Shown piece by piece: positions 9,239 to 18,240 of a stretch of DNA of 64,000 nt. The number at the start of each line of letters is the position of its first letter. Position 1 is the first letter of the stretch. The position numbers were made by a program, and so were the translations under genes. Location of the stretch: the NCBI GenBank assembly GCA_021824345.1, contig JAKAKW010000006.1:10257-74256 (forward strand), read 5' to 3'. This DNA comes from a bacterium. Its GTDB lineage: Bacteria; Patescibacteriota; Minisyncoccia; Phycocordibacterales; UBA9973. The notes under the pieces were generated by a model. It had not been told where the DNA came from. It ran no database searches and saw nothing but the letters and a program-made list of their open reading frames with translations.

Positions 9239-10786
9239 ATGAAGAACAAAAAAAATATTAGCAAGCCCAATAATGACATCATCTACATCAGGGTAAGCTC
9301 AAAAGAACAGATTGAGAATTTTTCTTTGGACAATCAAGAAAAGTTCTGCAGAGAGTTTTGCAGGAGAACTGAACATAATGTATTGGCAGTTTTCAGAGAG
9401 GAAGGAGAATCAGCCAAGACAGCAGCCAGAACTCAACTGCAAAAAATGATAAGGTTTTGTGAGGTAAACAAAAAGCAGGTTGATAGGGTTGTAATTTACA
9501 AGGTAGATAGATTCTTCAGGAATGCTGGAGAGCACCTTGCTCTAAGAGCCACATTAAGAAAATTAAATATTTCTCTTGTGTCCGTTACTGAAGCATTTGA
9601 TGATACTCCAAGTGGCAAACTTCAGGAAACAATGTTGGCAGCCTTTGCCCAATTTGACAATGATGTCCGATCTCAAAGGACATATGAAGGCATGAGAGCA
9701 AGAGCCTTGAAAGGATTATGGCCAAATATTGCACCATGGGGCTATGTTAATACCAAAGATAAGTCAGGCAATAAAATTATTGCACCTCATCCTGAAAGAG
9801 CTCCTGTTGTGAAAATGATTTTTCAGGCTTATGCCACTGGAAAGTATAGTTTTAAGGAAATAGCATCTATGGCAAACAAATCTGGGCAGAAATCAAGGCA
9901 TGGATTGAGAATGAGCAAACAATTGGTTGTAAAAATAATTAAGAACCCAATTTACTATGGAAGAATTGCCATTCAGAAGCTTGATGTTGATGTGCAGGGA
10001 AGCCATGAGCCAATAGTTTCTAAGGAGTTATATGATGAAGCAAACTCTGGCAAAAGAAGTATTCATGGTCGGAAAATGCCCAGGAACAGGGATAGTCCCA
10101 CTTTTCCCTTGCGTGGGATTAAGTGCGGTGGTTGCTACAAAAGCATAACTGGTGGAAAGACCAGAAGTAAAACAGGCAGGTATTATCAATACTATGGCTG
10201 TTTTTGTGGTGATTGTTCCAAAAGGACCGCCATTCCCAAAGAGGATTTTGAGAATGAGTTTACAAAGTTCCTCTTTAAAATTACTCCTAGTGATAAACAC
10301 CTTAATGTATTAGGGGAGGCAATTAAGCTTGCCCACAAGAGTGAATTTAACTACATTCTGAATGAGGAAAAAAGATTGAACAACAGAATGGAGGAATTAA
10401 AGGAAAGGAAGGACAAGCTGTTGGATTTGAGAATTGAAGGGAAAATAAATGATGAAGATTTTACTCCTGCCAATGATAAATTGAAATTACAGATCGGAGA
10501 AGTTGAAAAAGAATTGAGTGAGCTGTCTTCTCCTGAACTTGAAATAGATAATGTGGTTGATTCCGGAATAAGTTTTATAAAGAATTTTCCTTATATATGG
10601 AGAAAACTGCATCCAAAGGATTTGAGAGTTTTAAGAAACCTTCTTTTCATGGGAAATCTTGTTTATCATTATCCAACTATCAAAACCCCTGAAGCATCCT
10701 GTATCTACAAGGTAAAACCTGAATTATTGGATGATAAGAATCGTTTTGTGACCTTACCGGGAATCGAACCCGGATTACTTGCTTGA
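9239..10786 (+). CDS. Large serine recombinase (integrase)
   Basis: YIRVSS catalytic Ser, VYK/DRFFRN, recombinase domain, Zn ribbon (CGGC...C..C) and coiled coil. The last codons lie antisense within tRNA-Glu. Confidence 0.95.
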   Translation: MKNKKNISKPNNDIIYIRVSSKEQIENFSLDNQEKFCREFCRRTEHNVLAVFREEGESAKTAARTQLQKMIRFCEVNKKQVDRVVIYKVDRFFRNAGEHLALRATLRKLNISLVSVTEAFDDTPSGKLQETMLAAFAQFDNDVRSQRTYEGMRARALKGLWPNIAPWGYVNTKDKSGNKIIAPHPERAPVVKMIFQAYATGKYSFKEIASMANKSGQKSRHGLRMSKQLVVKIIKNPIYYGRIAIQKLDVDVQGSHEPIVSKELYDEANSGKRSIHGRKMPRNRDSPTFPLRGIKCGGCYKSITGGKTRSKTGRYYQYYGCFCGDCSKRTAIPKEDFENEFTKFLFKITPSDKHLNVLGEAIKLAHKSEFNYILNEEKRLNNRMEELKERKDKLLDLRIEGKINDEDFTPANDKLKLQIGEVEKELSELSSPELEIDNVVDSGISFIKNFPYIWRKLHPKDLRVLRNLLFMGNLVYHYPTIKTPEASCIYKVKPELLDDKNRFVTLPGIEPGLLA

Positions 10787-10820
10787 GAAGCAAGTGTCCT
10801 AACCGTTAGACGATAAGGCC
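10749..10820 (-). tRNA. tRNA-Glu(CTC)
   Basis: GGCCTTA...TAAGGTC acceptor stem, CTTGC-TTCTCAA-GCAAG anticodon arm, GGTTCGATTCC T arm. Confidence 0.95.
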
Positions 10821-11132
10821 GTCGGGAAAATATTAGCATTTATTTGGACAATAAAAAAGCACGTCAGCCGTCGGGACGTGCAATGAAAATTCATACATAC
10901 AGAACACCTGCCTTGCGCCGCTATCACCACCTCCTTTCACTTTGACGGACGGCTTCAGTGAACTTCAGGTAAAGATTATATTAACAGTAATGAAAGTCAA
11001 GAAAATCTGTTGAAAAATAAAACGGCCCTGAACTAGTGGCATCTAGTCAGGGCTTTAATTATTTGCCACTTAAGTGGCGAGGATACAATACACCCTAAAA
11101 TTTTGTTTTTTCAATTATGTCAGGACAAAACG

Positions 11133-11243
11133 CTAGGGAGGCTTTGATTCCATTGGGATAGAATCATCACCATTTGAGAAAGTTTTCCAGGGATTGTACT
11201 CGCCCTGAAAGGAGGTGACAGGAACGTACGGAATATAAATCAT
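11133..11243 (-). CDS. Putative 36-aa peptide behind a structured leader
   Basis: GAGGTG RBS, then MIYIPYVPVTSFQGEYNPWKTFSNGDDSIPMESKPP; TTGACA at 11461-11466 upstream. Confidence 0.35.
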   Translation of the reverse strand: MIYIPYVPVTSFQGEYNPWKTFSNGDDSIPMESKPP

Positions 11244-11497
11244 TCTCACCTCTCAATTTTTAAAATTTTAAAAATAACTTTAATTCTGAGCCCGACTTGT
11301 GTCGAACCTTTTGTTACTCTAGGCAACATAACAGCATTTTATGACGTCTAGCGCCTAGGTTAAGAATGCTTTCCGATTTGCTATTTAGGAAATACTTACT
11401 TTTTTTTATTTTAAAATAACAAGTCAGGCTCGGGTATTACCTTACAACTTCCACAAGAAGTGTCAATACAAACAGTGGAAAACTTCTGAAAGGCAAA

Positions 11498-11529
11498 GGC
11501 CGGCCTCCGACCCAGGTCGGAGGCCGGCC
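11498..11529. terminator. 15-bp perfect inverted repeat, likely rmuC terminator
   Basis: GGCCGGCCTCCGACC-CA-GGTCGGAGGCCGGCC. Confidence 0.65.
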
Positions 11530-11555
11530 GTCTTTGTTTTCTCTTTTAATTTCCG

Positions 11556-12623
11556 CTAATCTTCCGCCTTCGGCTTTTCCAGGGCGATGGAAGACAGCTC
11601 TGGCGAAGAGCCGGCGATTTTAAGAATGTCTTTGTCTATCTTCTTGAGTTCCTTGCCCGAAGCGTTGTAGTGGTTTACCACAGTGCTAAGCGAACTGCCC
11701 AGCTTCCCATGGTATTCGTCATAGGCTTTCAAATGCCGGCCGAGGTCTTCCACTTTCTTGATGATTTCCTTGGCGGACTCTTCTATGTGCAAGGCTTTCA
11801 GTCCCTGAAGCACAGTCTGAAGGTACGCCAAGAAAGAGGTGGGGGAAGTGATGATCACTTTGTATTTGCCGGCAGCGCGCTCTATCAAGCTCTCCGCGTT
11901 TTCTTCGGAGGTGTTTCCCCCGATCTTGTTTATTAAAAGATCGTAGTAAATCGCCTCGTGCGGGATGAACATAAAAGCAAAATCCGTGGTGCCTTGCTGG
12001 GGTTGGACGTATTTTGCCGTCTCGGCAATCCTATTTTTCAAATCGTTTACGAAAACGGTTTCTAGTTTCTTCTTTTCAGCCGGATCGCGTTCCTCTACCA
12101 TACGGTTGTAGTTTTCCAGAGAGAACTTTGAATCAATCGGTATGATTTTGTCTTTCACGAATACCGCGGCGTCCACGATTGTGCCGTCGGGAAATCCGTA
12201 TTGCATCTGATAGCTTCCGGCCGGCAGGACGTTTTTGAGCACCGTCTCCAAGTAATATTCTCCCAGGATTCCGCGCTGTTTGGGATTCTTAAGAATATCT
12301 TGCAGATTCTGCAATTGGTCGGCGAAGGAAATCACTTGCTTGTTTGTCTCGTCCAAGCGAGTAAGGCGCTCGGTGATGTCTCGAATGATTTTGTTGGATT
12401 CAGAAGAATGGAATTTTAGACTCTCGTTCATCTGCTTGCTTGTTTCGCCGATCTTGGAATCAACCGTCCGGGACAAGTCGTTTAATTGCTGGAGGATCAG
12501 TTGCAGGCCGGTGTCATTTTCCGTTTTTCCCGGCGTATTTTTATTGCCAAGAAAAAGCATAACAGCCAGTCCTCCCGCCATTACCGCCAATATTCCTATT
12601 ATTATCCACAACGCCGTTTCCAT
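11556..12623 (-). CDS. rmuC: DNA recombination protein RmuC
   Basis: N-terminal TM, coiled coil, RGILGE, PIDSKF and FMFIPHE motifs. Confidence 0.92.
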   Translation of the reverse strand: METALWIIIGILAVMAGGLAVMLFLGNKNTPGKTENDTGLQLILQQLNDLSRTVDSKIGETSKQMNESLKFHSSESNKIIRDITERLTRLDETNKQVISFADQLQNLQDILKNPKQRGILGEYYLETVLKNVLPAGSYQMQYGFPDGTIVDAAVFVKDKIIPIDSKFSLENYNRMVEERDPAEKKKLETVFVNDLKNRIAETAKYVQPQQGTTDFAFMFIPHEAIYYDLLINKIGGNTSEENAESLIERAAGKYKVIITSPTSFLAYLQTVLQGLKALHIEESAKEIIKKVEDLGRHLKAYDEYHGKLGSSLSTVVNHYNASGKELKKIDKDILKIAGSSPELSSIALEKPKAED

Positions 12624-12651
12624 TTTTGTTTATTATGACACTTTTTTGAAA

Positions 12652-12672
12652 GTGGGAAGCCTGGCTTTCCAC
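12652..12672 (-). repeat. REP-like palindrome family A, variant
   Basis: GTGGAAAGCCAGGCTTCCCAC just after the stop of the exonuclease gene. Confidence 0.55.
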
Positions 12673-12675
12673 AGG

Positions 12676-13395
12676 CTATTTTTGCAAATAATGCCGCAGG
12701 GTAAAGATCCAGTCTTCCTCTTCCTGCTCGCTTTTTTCTTTTTCACCCAGGAGCCACTCCAGATACGGCCGGTCGGTTTCTGCCACTTCTTCCATTTTCA
12801 TGCCTCGGTACTTTCCGAAATTCATCCGGCGGAAAATGGAAGGCTGGGAGGAAATCTCAACCATTTTTTGCAAGGCTTCCTCTTCGGACAAGTCATATTG
12901 CTCCATTATTTTCTTGCGCAAGCGCTCAAAAAGTTTTTCCAAAACCAGGACATCGCCCATGGCGTCATGAGCCGTGGCGTCAATGTCAATATCCAAAGCA
13001 TAGCGCAGATATTGCAGTTTGTACTGCGAAAGTTTTTCCTCCGGATCCAGATACCGGGCCACCCGCAGAGTGCAGATGAAGTTCTTCGGCGCGATATCCT
13101 CTTTCTTAATGATCATAAGGTCGAACAAAGCGTTGTGCGCCACAGCTACGGCATTCGGGTCCTCGAATCTTTCCTTGATTTCCGCATATTCATCGCTCTC
13201 CTTGAACGGAATCTTGTCTTCCACCATTTTGTTGGTGATATGATGCACGGCGCTCGCTTCCGGAGGAATGCGGACCGGCGGCTTGTACAGTTCCACAAAG
13301 CTTTCCTTGCCGTCCTTGTACGCCAATTGGCACAGGAAATCCGCTTCGGTATTGCCGGTAGTCTCAGTATCAAAGAAGATTATTTTCGCAGGCAT
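12676..13395 (-). CDS. DEDDh 3'-5' exonuclease (ExoX-like)
   Basis: DTETTG, AHNALFD, HDAMGD and a C-terminal MNFGKYRG module. Confidence 0.9.
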   Translation of the reverse strand: MPAKIIFFDTETTGNTEADFLCQLAYKDGKESFVELYKPPVRIPPEASAVHHITNKMVEDKIPFKESDEYAEIKERFEDPNAVAVAHNALFDLMIIKKEDIAPKNFICTLRVARYLDPEEKLSQYKLQYLRYALDIDIDATAHDAMGDVLVLEKLFERLRKKIMEQYDLSEEEALQKMVEISSQPSIFRRMNFGKYRGMKMEEVAETDRPYLEWLLGEKEKSEQEEEDWIFTLRHYLQK

Positions 13396-13427
13396 GGTTA
13401 CATTTTATCACAGTTTTGATATACTGG

Positions 13428-13630
13428 TGGCGGAGGCATGAATAGTTCCTGAGAAAAGCCTTGGTAGGCGCGTCGGCGCCGGACGGAGCAAAAGCAAACT
13501 GCTTTGCTTTTGCTCCGGTTCGGCTTTGCCGAAACTGCCGTTGCGAGTCTCAGACGAGCAGGCAGTAGGCGGAAATTTTTCAGCAGAAAAATTTCGTGCT
13601 TTTCGAGGGAAGCTATTCATGCCTCCGCCA
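13428..13630. repeat. Long fold-back element with 18-bp terminal inverted repeats
   Basis: TGGCGGAGGCATGAATAG 13428-13445 pairs with CTATTCATGCCTCCGCCA 13613-13630; internal hairpins present. Confidence 0.75.
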
Positions 13631-13639
13631 TGTGCATTT

Positions 13640-14089
13640 ATGATTCAAGAAAATATAAAAAACGGAATAAAGGAAGCCATGCTTGCGAAGGATACGGTGC
13701 GTTTGGAAACTCTGCGATTCGTTTCGGCCGCTTTTACCAACGAGTTGGTGGCCAGGGGACGCAAGCCCGACGGAGAGCTTTCGGACGAAGAATCCACGGC
13801 TGTCATCGCGCGCCTCGCCAAGCAAAGAAAAGATTCCATAGAGCAGTTCAAAAAAGGCGGGCGGGATGACTTGGTAAAAGAAGAGGAGGCCCAGCTTTCC
13901 GTCCTGGAAGGATTCCTGCCAAAGATGATGGACGGCGCCGAGATTGAGAAAATCGCCAAAGCGAAAAAAGAAGAGCTCGGACTTTCCGACCCGAAGGATA
14001 AGGGAACCTTGATGAAGGAGCTTATGAAAGAATTGAAAGGCAAGGCCGACGGATCGGCGGTAAAGGCGGCGGTGGACGGGCTTTTTTAA
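13640..14089 (+). CDS. yqeY: GatB/YqeY domain protein
   Basis: KEAMLAKD..RLETLR and KQRKDSIEQFKKGGRDDL; start moved to the ATG at 13640. Confidence 0.9.
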   Translation: MIQENIKNGIKEAMLAKDTVRLETLRFVSAAFTNELVARGRKPDGELSDEESTAVIARLAKQRKDSIEQFKKGGRDDLVKEEEAQLSVLEGFLPKMMDGAEIEKIAKAKKEELGLSDPKDKGTLMKELMKELKGKADGSAVKAAVDGLF

Positions 14090-14092
14090 GTT

Positions 14093-14731
14093 ATGCATTC
14101 AGTTGAAATTCTAACCAGACTGGTTGAACATCACGAGGTATGGGCATACATTGTCATATTCCTCGGCCTTGTTTTTGAAGGGGAGGTGGTGGTGATCACT
14201 TCCGGAGTCTTGGCCTATCTTGGAGCTCTGGATTTCACCGCAGCTCTTTTCTTCATTCTGGCAGGCGGATTCACCAAGACATTGTCCTGTTATTACCTCG
14301 GCACTTTGATTCGCAGGAAGTGGCAAGGAAACAAATACATCCGTTACATAGAAAAGCGGGCGCTGTACCTCATGCCGAATTTCGAGCGCAAGCCCTTTTG
14401 GTCAATTTTCATTTCCAAATTCATCAACGGGGTGAACTATATTGTAACCATCTTTTCCGGATACAAGAAGGTGAATTTTAAGACATACCTCAAAGCGGAA
14501 ATATTGTCTACCATAATTTGGGCGCCCCTTCTGCTTTCTTTGGGATATTTTTTCAGCCATACCGCCCTGCGGGTGAGTCGGGATATCAGCCGTTTCTCTT
14601 TTGTAATAATTCTTCTCTTGGCTGCTTTCCTTTTGTTTGATAAGATAGCGGCTGGGCTTTATGAATTTTGGGAATATTTGAAGGACGGCATTTTGGGCAA
14701 CGGGAGCGACGAAAACAATGGAAAAGAATAG
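14093..14731 (+). CDS. DedA/VTT family membrane protein
   Basis: EGEVVVITSG and ISKFINGV; TM pattern. Confidence 0.85.
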   Translation: MHSVEILTRLVEHHEVWAYIVIFLGLVFEGEVVVITSGVLAYLGALDFTAALFFILAGGFTKTLSCYYLGTLIRRKWQGNKYIRYIEKRALYLMPNFERKPFWSIFISKFINGVNYIVTIFSGYKKVNFKTYLKAEILSTIIWAPLLLSLGYFFSHTALRVSRDISRFSFVIILLLAAFLLFDKIAAGLYEFWEYLKDGILGNGSDENNGKE

Positions 14732-14754
14732 CGCAAAGCGAAGAAAGCGGGAAT

Positions 14755-14791
14755 GCGGAGGGTTATCCCTGCCTGCCGGCAGGCTCCGCCC
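14755..14791 (+). repeat. REP-like family B with nested CCTGCCTGCCGGCAGG
   Basis: GCGGAGGGTTATCC[CTGCCTGCCGGCAGG]CTCCGCCC. Confidence 0.65.
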
Positions 14792-14806
14792 TGGACAGAT
14801 TATTAA

Positions 14807-15712
14807 ATGCATTTTATGAATAATACGATCAAAAAAATTATAACCCATAACGGATCCTTCCACGCGGATGATATTTTTTCTTGCGCGGCCGTTTCGCTCA
14901 CGCTTGAAAAGAAGGGGGAAGATTTTGAAATCGTGCGGACCCGCGACGAAGAGGTCATTGCTTCCGGCGACTACGTGTTCGATGTCGGCGGAAAATACGA
15001 CGAAACAATGAATCGATTTGACCACCATCAGCGCGGGGGAGCCGGCAAGCGGGAGAACGGAATTGAATATGCTTCCTTCGGCCTTGTTTGGAAGAAATTC
15101 GGGACAGAACTCTGCGGATCCGCCGAGGCGGCAAAAATGATTGATGAACGCCTGGCGTCTCCCGTAGACGCGTTTGATAACGGCATCGACTTGGTGGAAC
15201 TTAAGCGGGGAGTTTATCCGTACATGATACAGTTCGCCTTCACTGCCATGGAACCGACCTGGCGAGAGAAGGATTTGAACAATGACGATATGTTCAAGAA
15301 AAGCGTGGAAATGGCCAAAATGGTTTTGAAGAGAGAAATAAAGCATGCCCAAGATGCGCTGGAGGCAGACAAGGCGGTTCGAGAAATTTATGAGCACGCG
15401 GAAGACAAGCGCATAATTATTCTGGACAAGGATTATCCTTCCGATTTTCTTGAAAATGATTTCCCCGAATCTTTTTTCGTGGTATATCCGAGAAGCGACG
15501 GCACCTGGGGCGCCAAGACGGTGCGCCCGGAGGCGGACAGCTTCAGGAACCGGAAAGATTTTCCTTCAGCCTGGGCGGGGCTTCGGAACGAGGAAGCCGC
15601 AGAAGCCACCGGGGTGCCCGATGCGATTTTTTGCCACCGGGCGCGCTTCATGGCCGTGGCCAGATCTCGGGAAGGCGCCATAAAGCTGGCGGAGCTGGCG
15701 CTAGAAAGCTAA
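14807..15712 (+). CDS. MYG1 family exonuclease (DHH-like)
   Basis: THNGSFHADD, DVGG, FDHHQ and AIFCH motifs. Confidence 0.92.
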   Translation: MHFMNNTIKKIITHNGSFHADDIFSCAAVSLTLEKKGEDFEIVRTRDEEVIASGDYVFDVGGKYDETMNRFDHHQRGGAGKRENGIEYASFGLVWKKFGTELCGSAEAAKMIDERLASPVDAFDNGIDLVELKRGVYPYMIQFAFTAMEPTWREKDLNNDDMFKKSVEMAKMVLKREIKHAQDALEADKAVREIYEHAEDKRIIILDKDYPSDFLENDFPESFFVVYPRSDGTWGAKTVRPEADSFRNRKDFPSAWAGLRNEEAAEATGVPDAIFCHRARFMAVARSREGAIKLAELALES

Positions 15713-15729
15713 AGTTGGTTCCGGAGCCG

Positions 15730-15750
15730 GTGGGAGGCAAGGCCTCCCAT
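15730..15750 (+). repeat. REP-like palindrome family A
   Basis: GTGGGAGGCAAGGCCTCCCAT; also at 31010 and 43813. Confidence 0.7.
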
Positions 15751-15767
15751 CTCACACTGATATAGCA

Positions 15768-16793
15768 ATGGCATTTATTGATGAAATTAAAATACACGCA
15801 GAAGCCGGGCGCGGCGGCGACGGAGTGGTGCGCTGGCGGCATGAAAAATTCATTCCACGAGGGGGACCGGCGGGCGGAGACGGAGGCCGGGGCGGAGATT
15901 TTTACGCCAAGGCGGTACTCGATATAAACGCTCTTGCCCGTTACCATGCCAAAAAAGAATTCTCCGCCGAACGGGGAGAAGACGGACACGGCAAAAGCCT
16001 GCATGGAAAGAAGGGAGACGATTTCTTTTTGGAACTGCCTGTGGGATCGGTGATAACCAATCTGGATACGGAGGAAAAGTGGCAGCTCCTGAATGAAGGA
16101 GAAACGGTCATGCTCTTGCGCGGAGGCTACGGCGGATACGGCAACGAGCATTTCAAAAGCCCTTCCAATACCACTCCTCGCGAGTGGAATCCCGGCAAGG
16201 AAGGAGAAGAAGGAAATTTTTTCATTGAACTTGAACTTTTTGCGGATCTCGGATTGATCGGCCTGCCCAGCGCCGGAAAGTCTTCTCTTTTAAACGCTCT
16301 GACTAAGTCTCGCGCTAAGGTGGGGGATTACGATTTCACAACATTGGATCCGAATCTTGGAGATTTTTACGGTTATATAATTGCCGACATTCCCGGGCTC
16401 ATAGAAGGAGCGAACGAAGGCAAAGGACTGGGAGTGAAATTCCTTCGGCATATACGCCGGACCAAAATGCTGGCGCATTTGGTCTCGTTTGAAAACATGG
16501 CCAAAGGTCCCGGCGGCGCAGCCGGCATGATTAAAGCGTACGAAGACGTGCGCGGAGAACTGGAAAAATATGACAAGAAGCTTGGGCTCGGCGACGACGG
16601 CCTGGCGAAGAAAAGGGAACTGATAATTCTTTCAAAAACGGATACCGTGAAGGGCGAGAAAGAGATAAAAGATGCCGTAAAAAAATTTCAAAAGCTTTGC
16701 CCGGATGTTTTTACCGTTTCCCTTTTTGACGATGAATCGGTAAAGCAACTTTCAGATAAATTTTCTGATATTTTAAAAAAGGCGAAAGTATAG
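15768..16793 (+). CDS. obgE: GTPase ObgE/CgtA
   Basis: Gly-rich Obg fold, GLPSAGKS and DIPGLIEGA. Confidence 0.96.
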   Translation: MAFIDEIKIHAEAGRGGDGVVRWRHEKFIPRGGPAGGDGGRGGDFYAKAVLDINALARYHAKKEFSAERGEDGHGKSLHGKKGDDFFLELPVGSVITNLDTEEKWQLLNEGETVMLLRGGYGGYGNEHFKSPSNTTPREWNPGKEGEEGNFFIELELFADLGLIGLPSAGKSSLLNALTKSRAKVGDYDFTTLDPNLGDFYGYIIADIPGLIEGANEGKGLGVKFLRHIRRTKMLAHLVSFENMAKGPGGAAGMIKAYEDVRGELEKYDKKLGLGDDGLAKKRELIILSKTDTVKGEKEIKDAVKKFQKLCPDVFTVSLFDDESVKQLSDKFSDILKKAKV

Positions 16794-16805
16794 TATCATT
16801 TCTGC

Positions 16806-18236
16806 ATGGACAAGAAATACTACCCGACAATCGGCCTGGAAATTCACGCGGAATTGAAGACTGAAAGCAAGATGTTCTGCTCCTGCAAGAATGATCCGGA
16901 CGAGCGGGAGCCCAACAAAAACATCTGCCCGGTATGCATGGCGCATCCCGGATCCTTGCCGGTGGTCAATAAAAAGGCGGTGGAACACGTGGTGCGGGTA
17001 GGCCTCGCCGTGGACGGCAATATTGCCGACTTCACCGAATTTGACCGCAAGAACTATTTCTACCCCGACATCCCCAAGGGCTATCAAATTTCACAATACA
17101 AATACCCGATTGTCTCCGGCGGAAGATTGGACGGTTTTGACATTACTCGGGTGCACCTGGAAGAAGACACCGCCAACAACAAGCACGACCGCGGAAATTT
17201 TTCCTTGATTGATTTCAACCGGGCAGGAGTTCCGCTCATGGAGCTGGTGACCGAGCCGAATACTTTTGAGAGCGCCGATGATGCCGCAAAGACCGCTTCG
17301 TCCTTTGCCAAGGAGCTTCAGCTTCTTCTGTGGTATCTTGGCGTTTCCGAAGCGAATATGGAGAAAGGAGAGATGCGGGTGGAAGCGAATATTTCTGTTT
17401 CGCCGGAAAAGGGAAAGCTTGGCACAAAAGTGGAAGTAAAGAACCTAAACTCCTTCAAAAGCGCGGAAAGAGCGGTAAAATTTGAACTGGATAGGATGAT
17501 AAAACTCTGGGAGGAAGGGAAGCAGGAAGAAATCGTGCAGGAAACGCGCGGATGGGACGAGGCCAAGCAAAAGACTTTTTCTCAGCGCAAAAAAGAATCC
17601 AGCCACGATTACCGGTATTTCCCCGATCCGGATATTCCCAAGTTCAAGTTACACGAGCTGTTTGATTTGGAAAAAATGAAAAAGGAACTGCCGGAATTGC
17701 CGGCGCAGAAACGCGATAGATATCGCAAGGATTTCGGCATTAAAGACGAGGACATAGAATCATATGTAAACGATCCGGAGCTCGGAAAATGGTTTGAAGA
17801 AGTTGCGGAAATATTGAAAGACAAAAACAAAATAAAAACCGCTTCCAATTACATTACTTCCGATTTTGCCGGATTAAAGAAGGCGGACAGCGGAGTAAAA
17901 ATGCCCGCGGCGGAGAATTTTGCTGAGCTCGCGGAAATGGCATCGTCTGGAGAGATTTCTTCCCGCGGGGCCAAAGATATTCTGGCCATAATTGTAAAAA
18001 AGGACGATTCTCCCAAAAAAATCGCCGAAGAAAAGGGGCTTCTGCAAAAAAACGATCCTGAAGAGCTGAAGAAAATCGCGCAAAAAATTATTGAGGCCAA
18101 TCCAAAAATCGCGGACGATTACAAAGGCGGAAAGCAGAATGCCCTGCAATTCTTGATCGGGCAAGTAATGAAGGAAACCAAGGGCTCCGCCAACCCCGCG
18201 GCGGCTAAACAACTTTTGGAAAGTTTGTTAAAATAA
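16806..18236 (+). CDS. gatB: Asp/Glu-tRNA amidotransferase subunit B
   Basis: IGLEIHAEL, RKNYFYPD, HLEED and YRYFPDPD motifs. Confidence 0.97.
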   Translation: MDKKYYPTIGLEIHAELKTESKMFCSCKNDPDEREPNKNICPVCMAHPGSLPVVNKKAVEHVVRVGLAVDGNIADFTEFDRKNYFYPDIPKGYQISQYKYPIVSGGRLDGFDITRVHLEEDTANNKHDRGNFSLIDFNRAGVPLMELVTEPNTFESADDAAKTASSFAKELQLLLWYLGVSEANMEKGEMRVEANISVSPEKGKLGTKVEVKNLNSFKSAERAVKFELDRMIKLWEEGKQEEIVQETRGWDEAKQKTFSQRKKESSHDYRYFPDPDIPKFKLHELFDLEKMKKELPELPAQKRDRYRKDFGIKDEDIESYVNDPELGKWFEEVAEILKDKNKIKTASNYITSDFAGLKKADSGVKMPAAENFAELAEMASSGEISSRGAKDILAIIVKKDDSPKKIAEEKGLLQKNDPEELKKIAQKIIEANPKIADDYKGGKQNALQFLIGQVMKETKGSANPAAAKQLLESLLK

Positions 18237-18240
18237 AAGG

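Larger units (their letters stand above)
3779..10756. mobile_element. tRNA-Glu-integrated genomic island (~7 kb) with large serine recombinase and R-M cargo
   Basis: AT-rich relative to the housekeeping genes. Direct repeat GTGACCTTA at 3779-3787 and 10748-10756. The left copy extends to TGGTGACCTTA, the reverse complement of a tRNA 3' end TAAGGTCACCA. Recombinase at the right end. Confidence 0.88.

Noticed and set aside
11286-11434. c-di-GMP-I riboswitch or 6S RNA
   Set aside because: Only a GCAAA/GAAA fragment matches and the GACGCAAAGC core is missing; the fold is too asymmetric for 6S. Kept as unclassified.
12280-13419. 379-aa + strand ORF and many other long overlapping ORFs (e.g. 14402-15397, 57220-58089, 1833-2579)
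   Set aside because: Antisense shadows of well-recognised genes, with no motifs of their own.
13526-13639. N-terminal extension of YqeY, and similar extensions at 20784, 42022, 43813, 51758 and 54118
   Set aside because: The extensions run through palindromic elements, upstream genes or promoter boxes; family homology begins at later ATGs.
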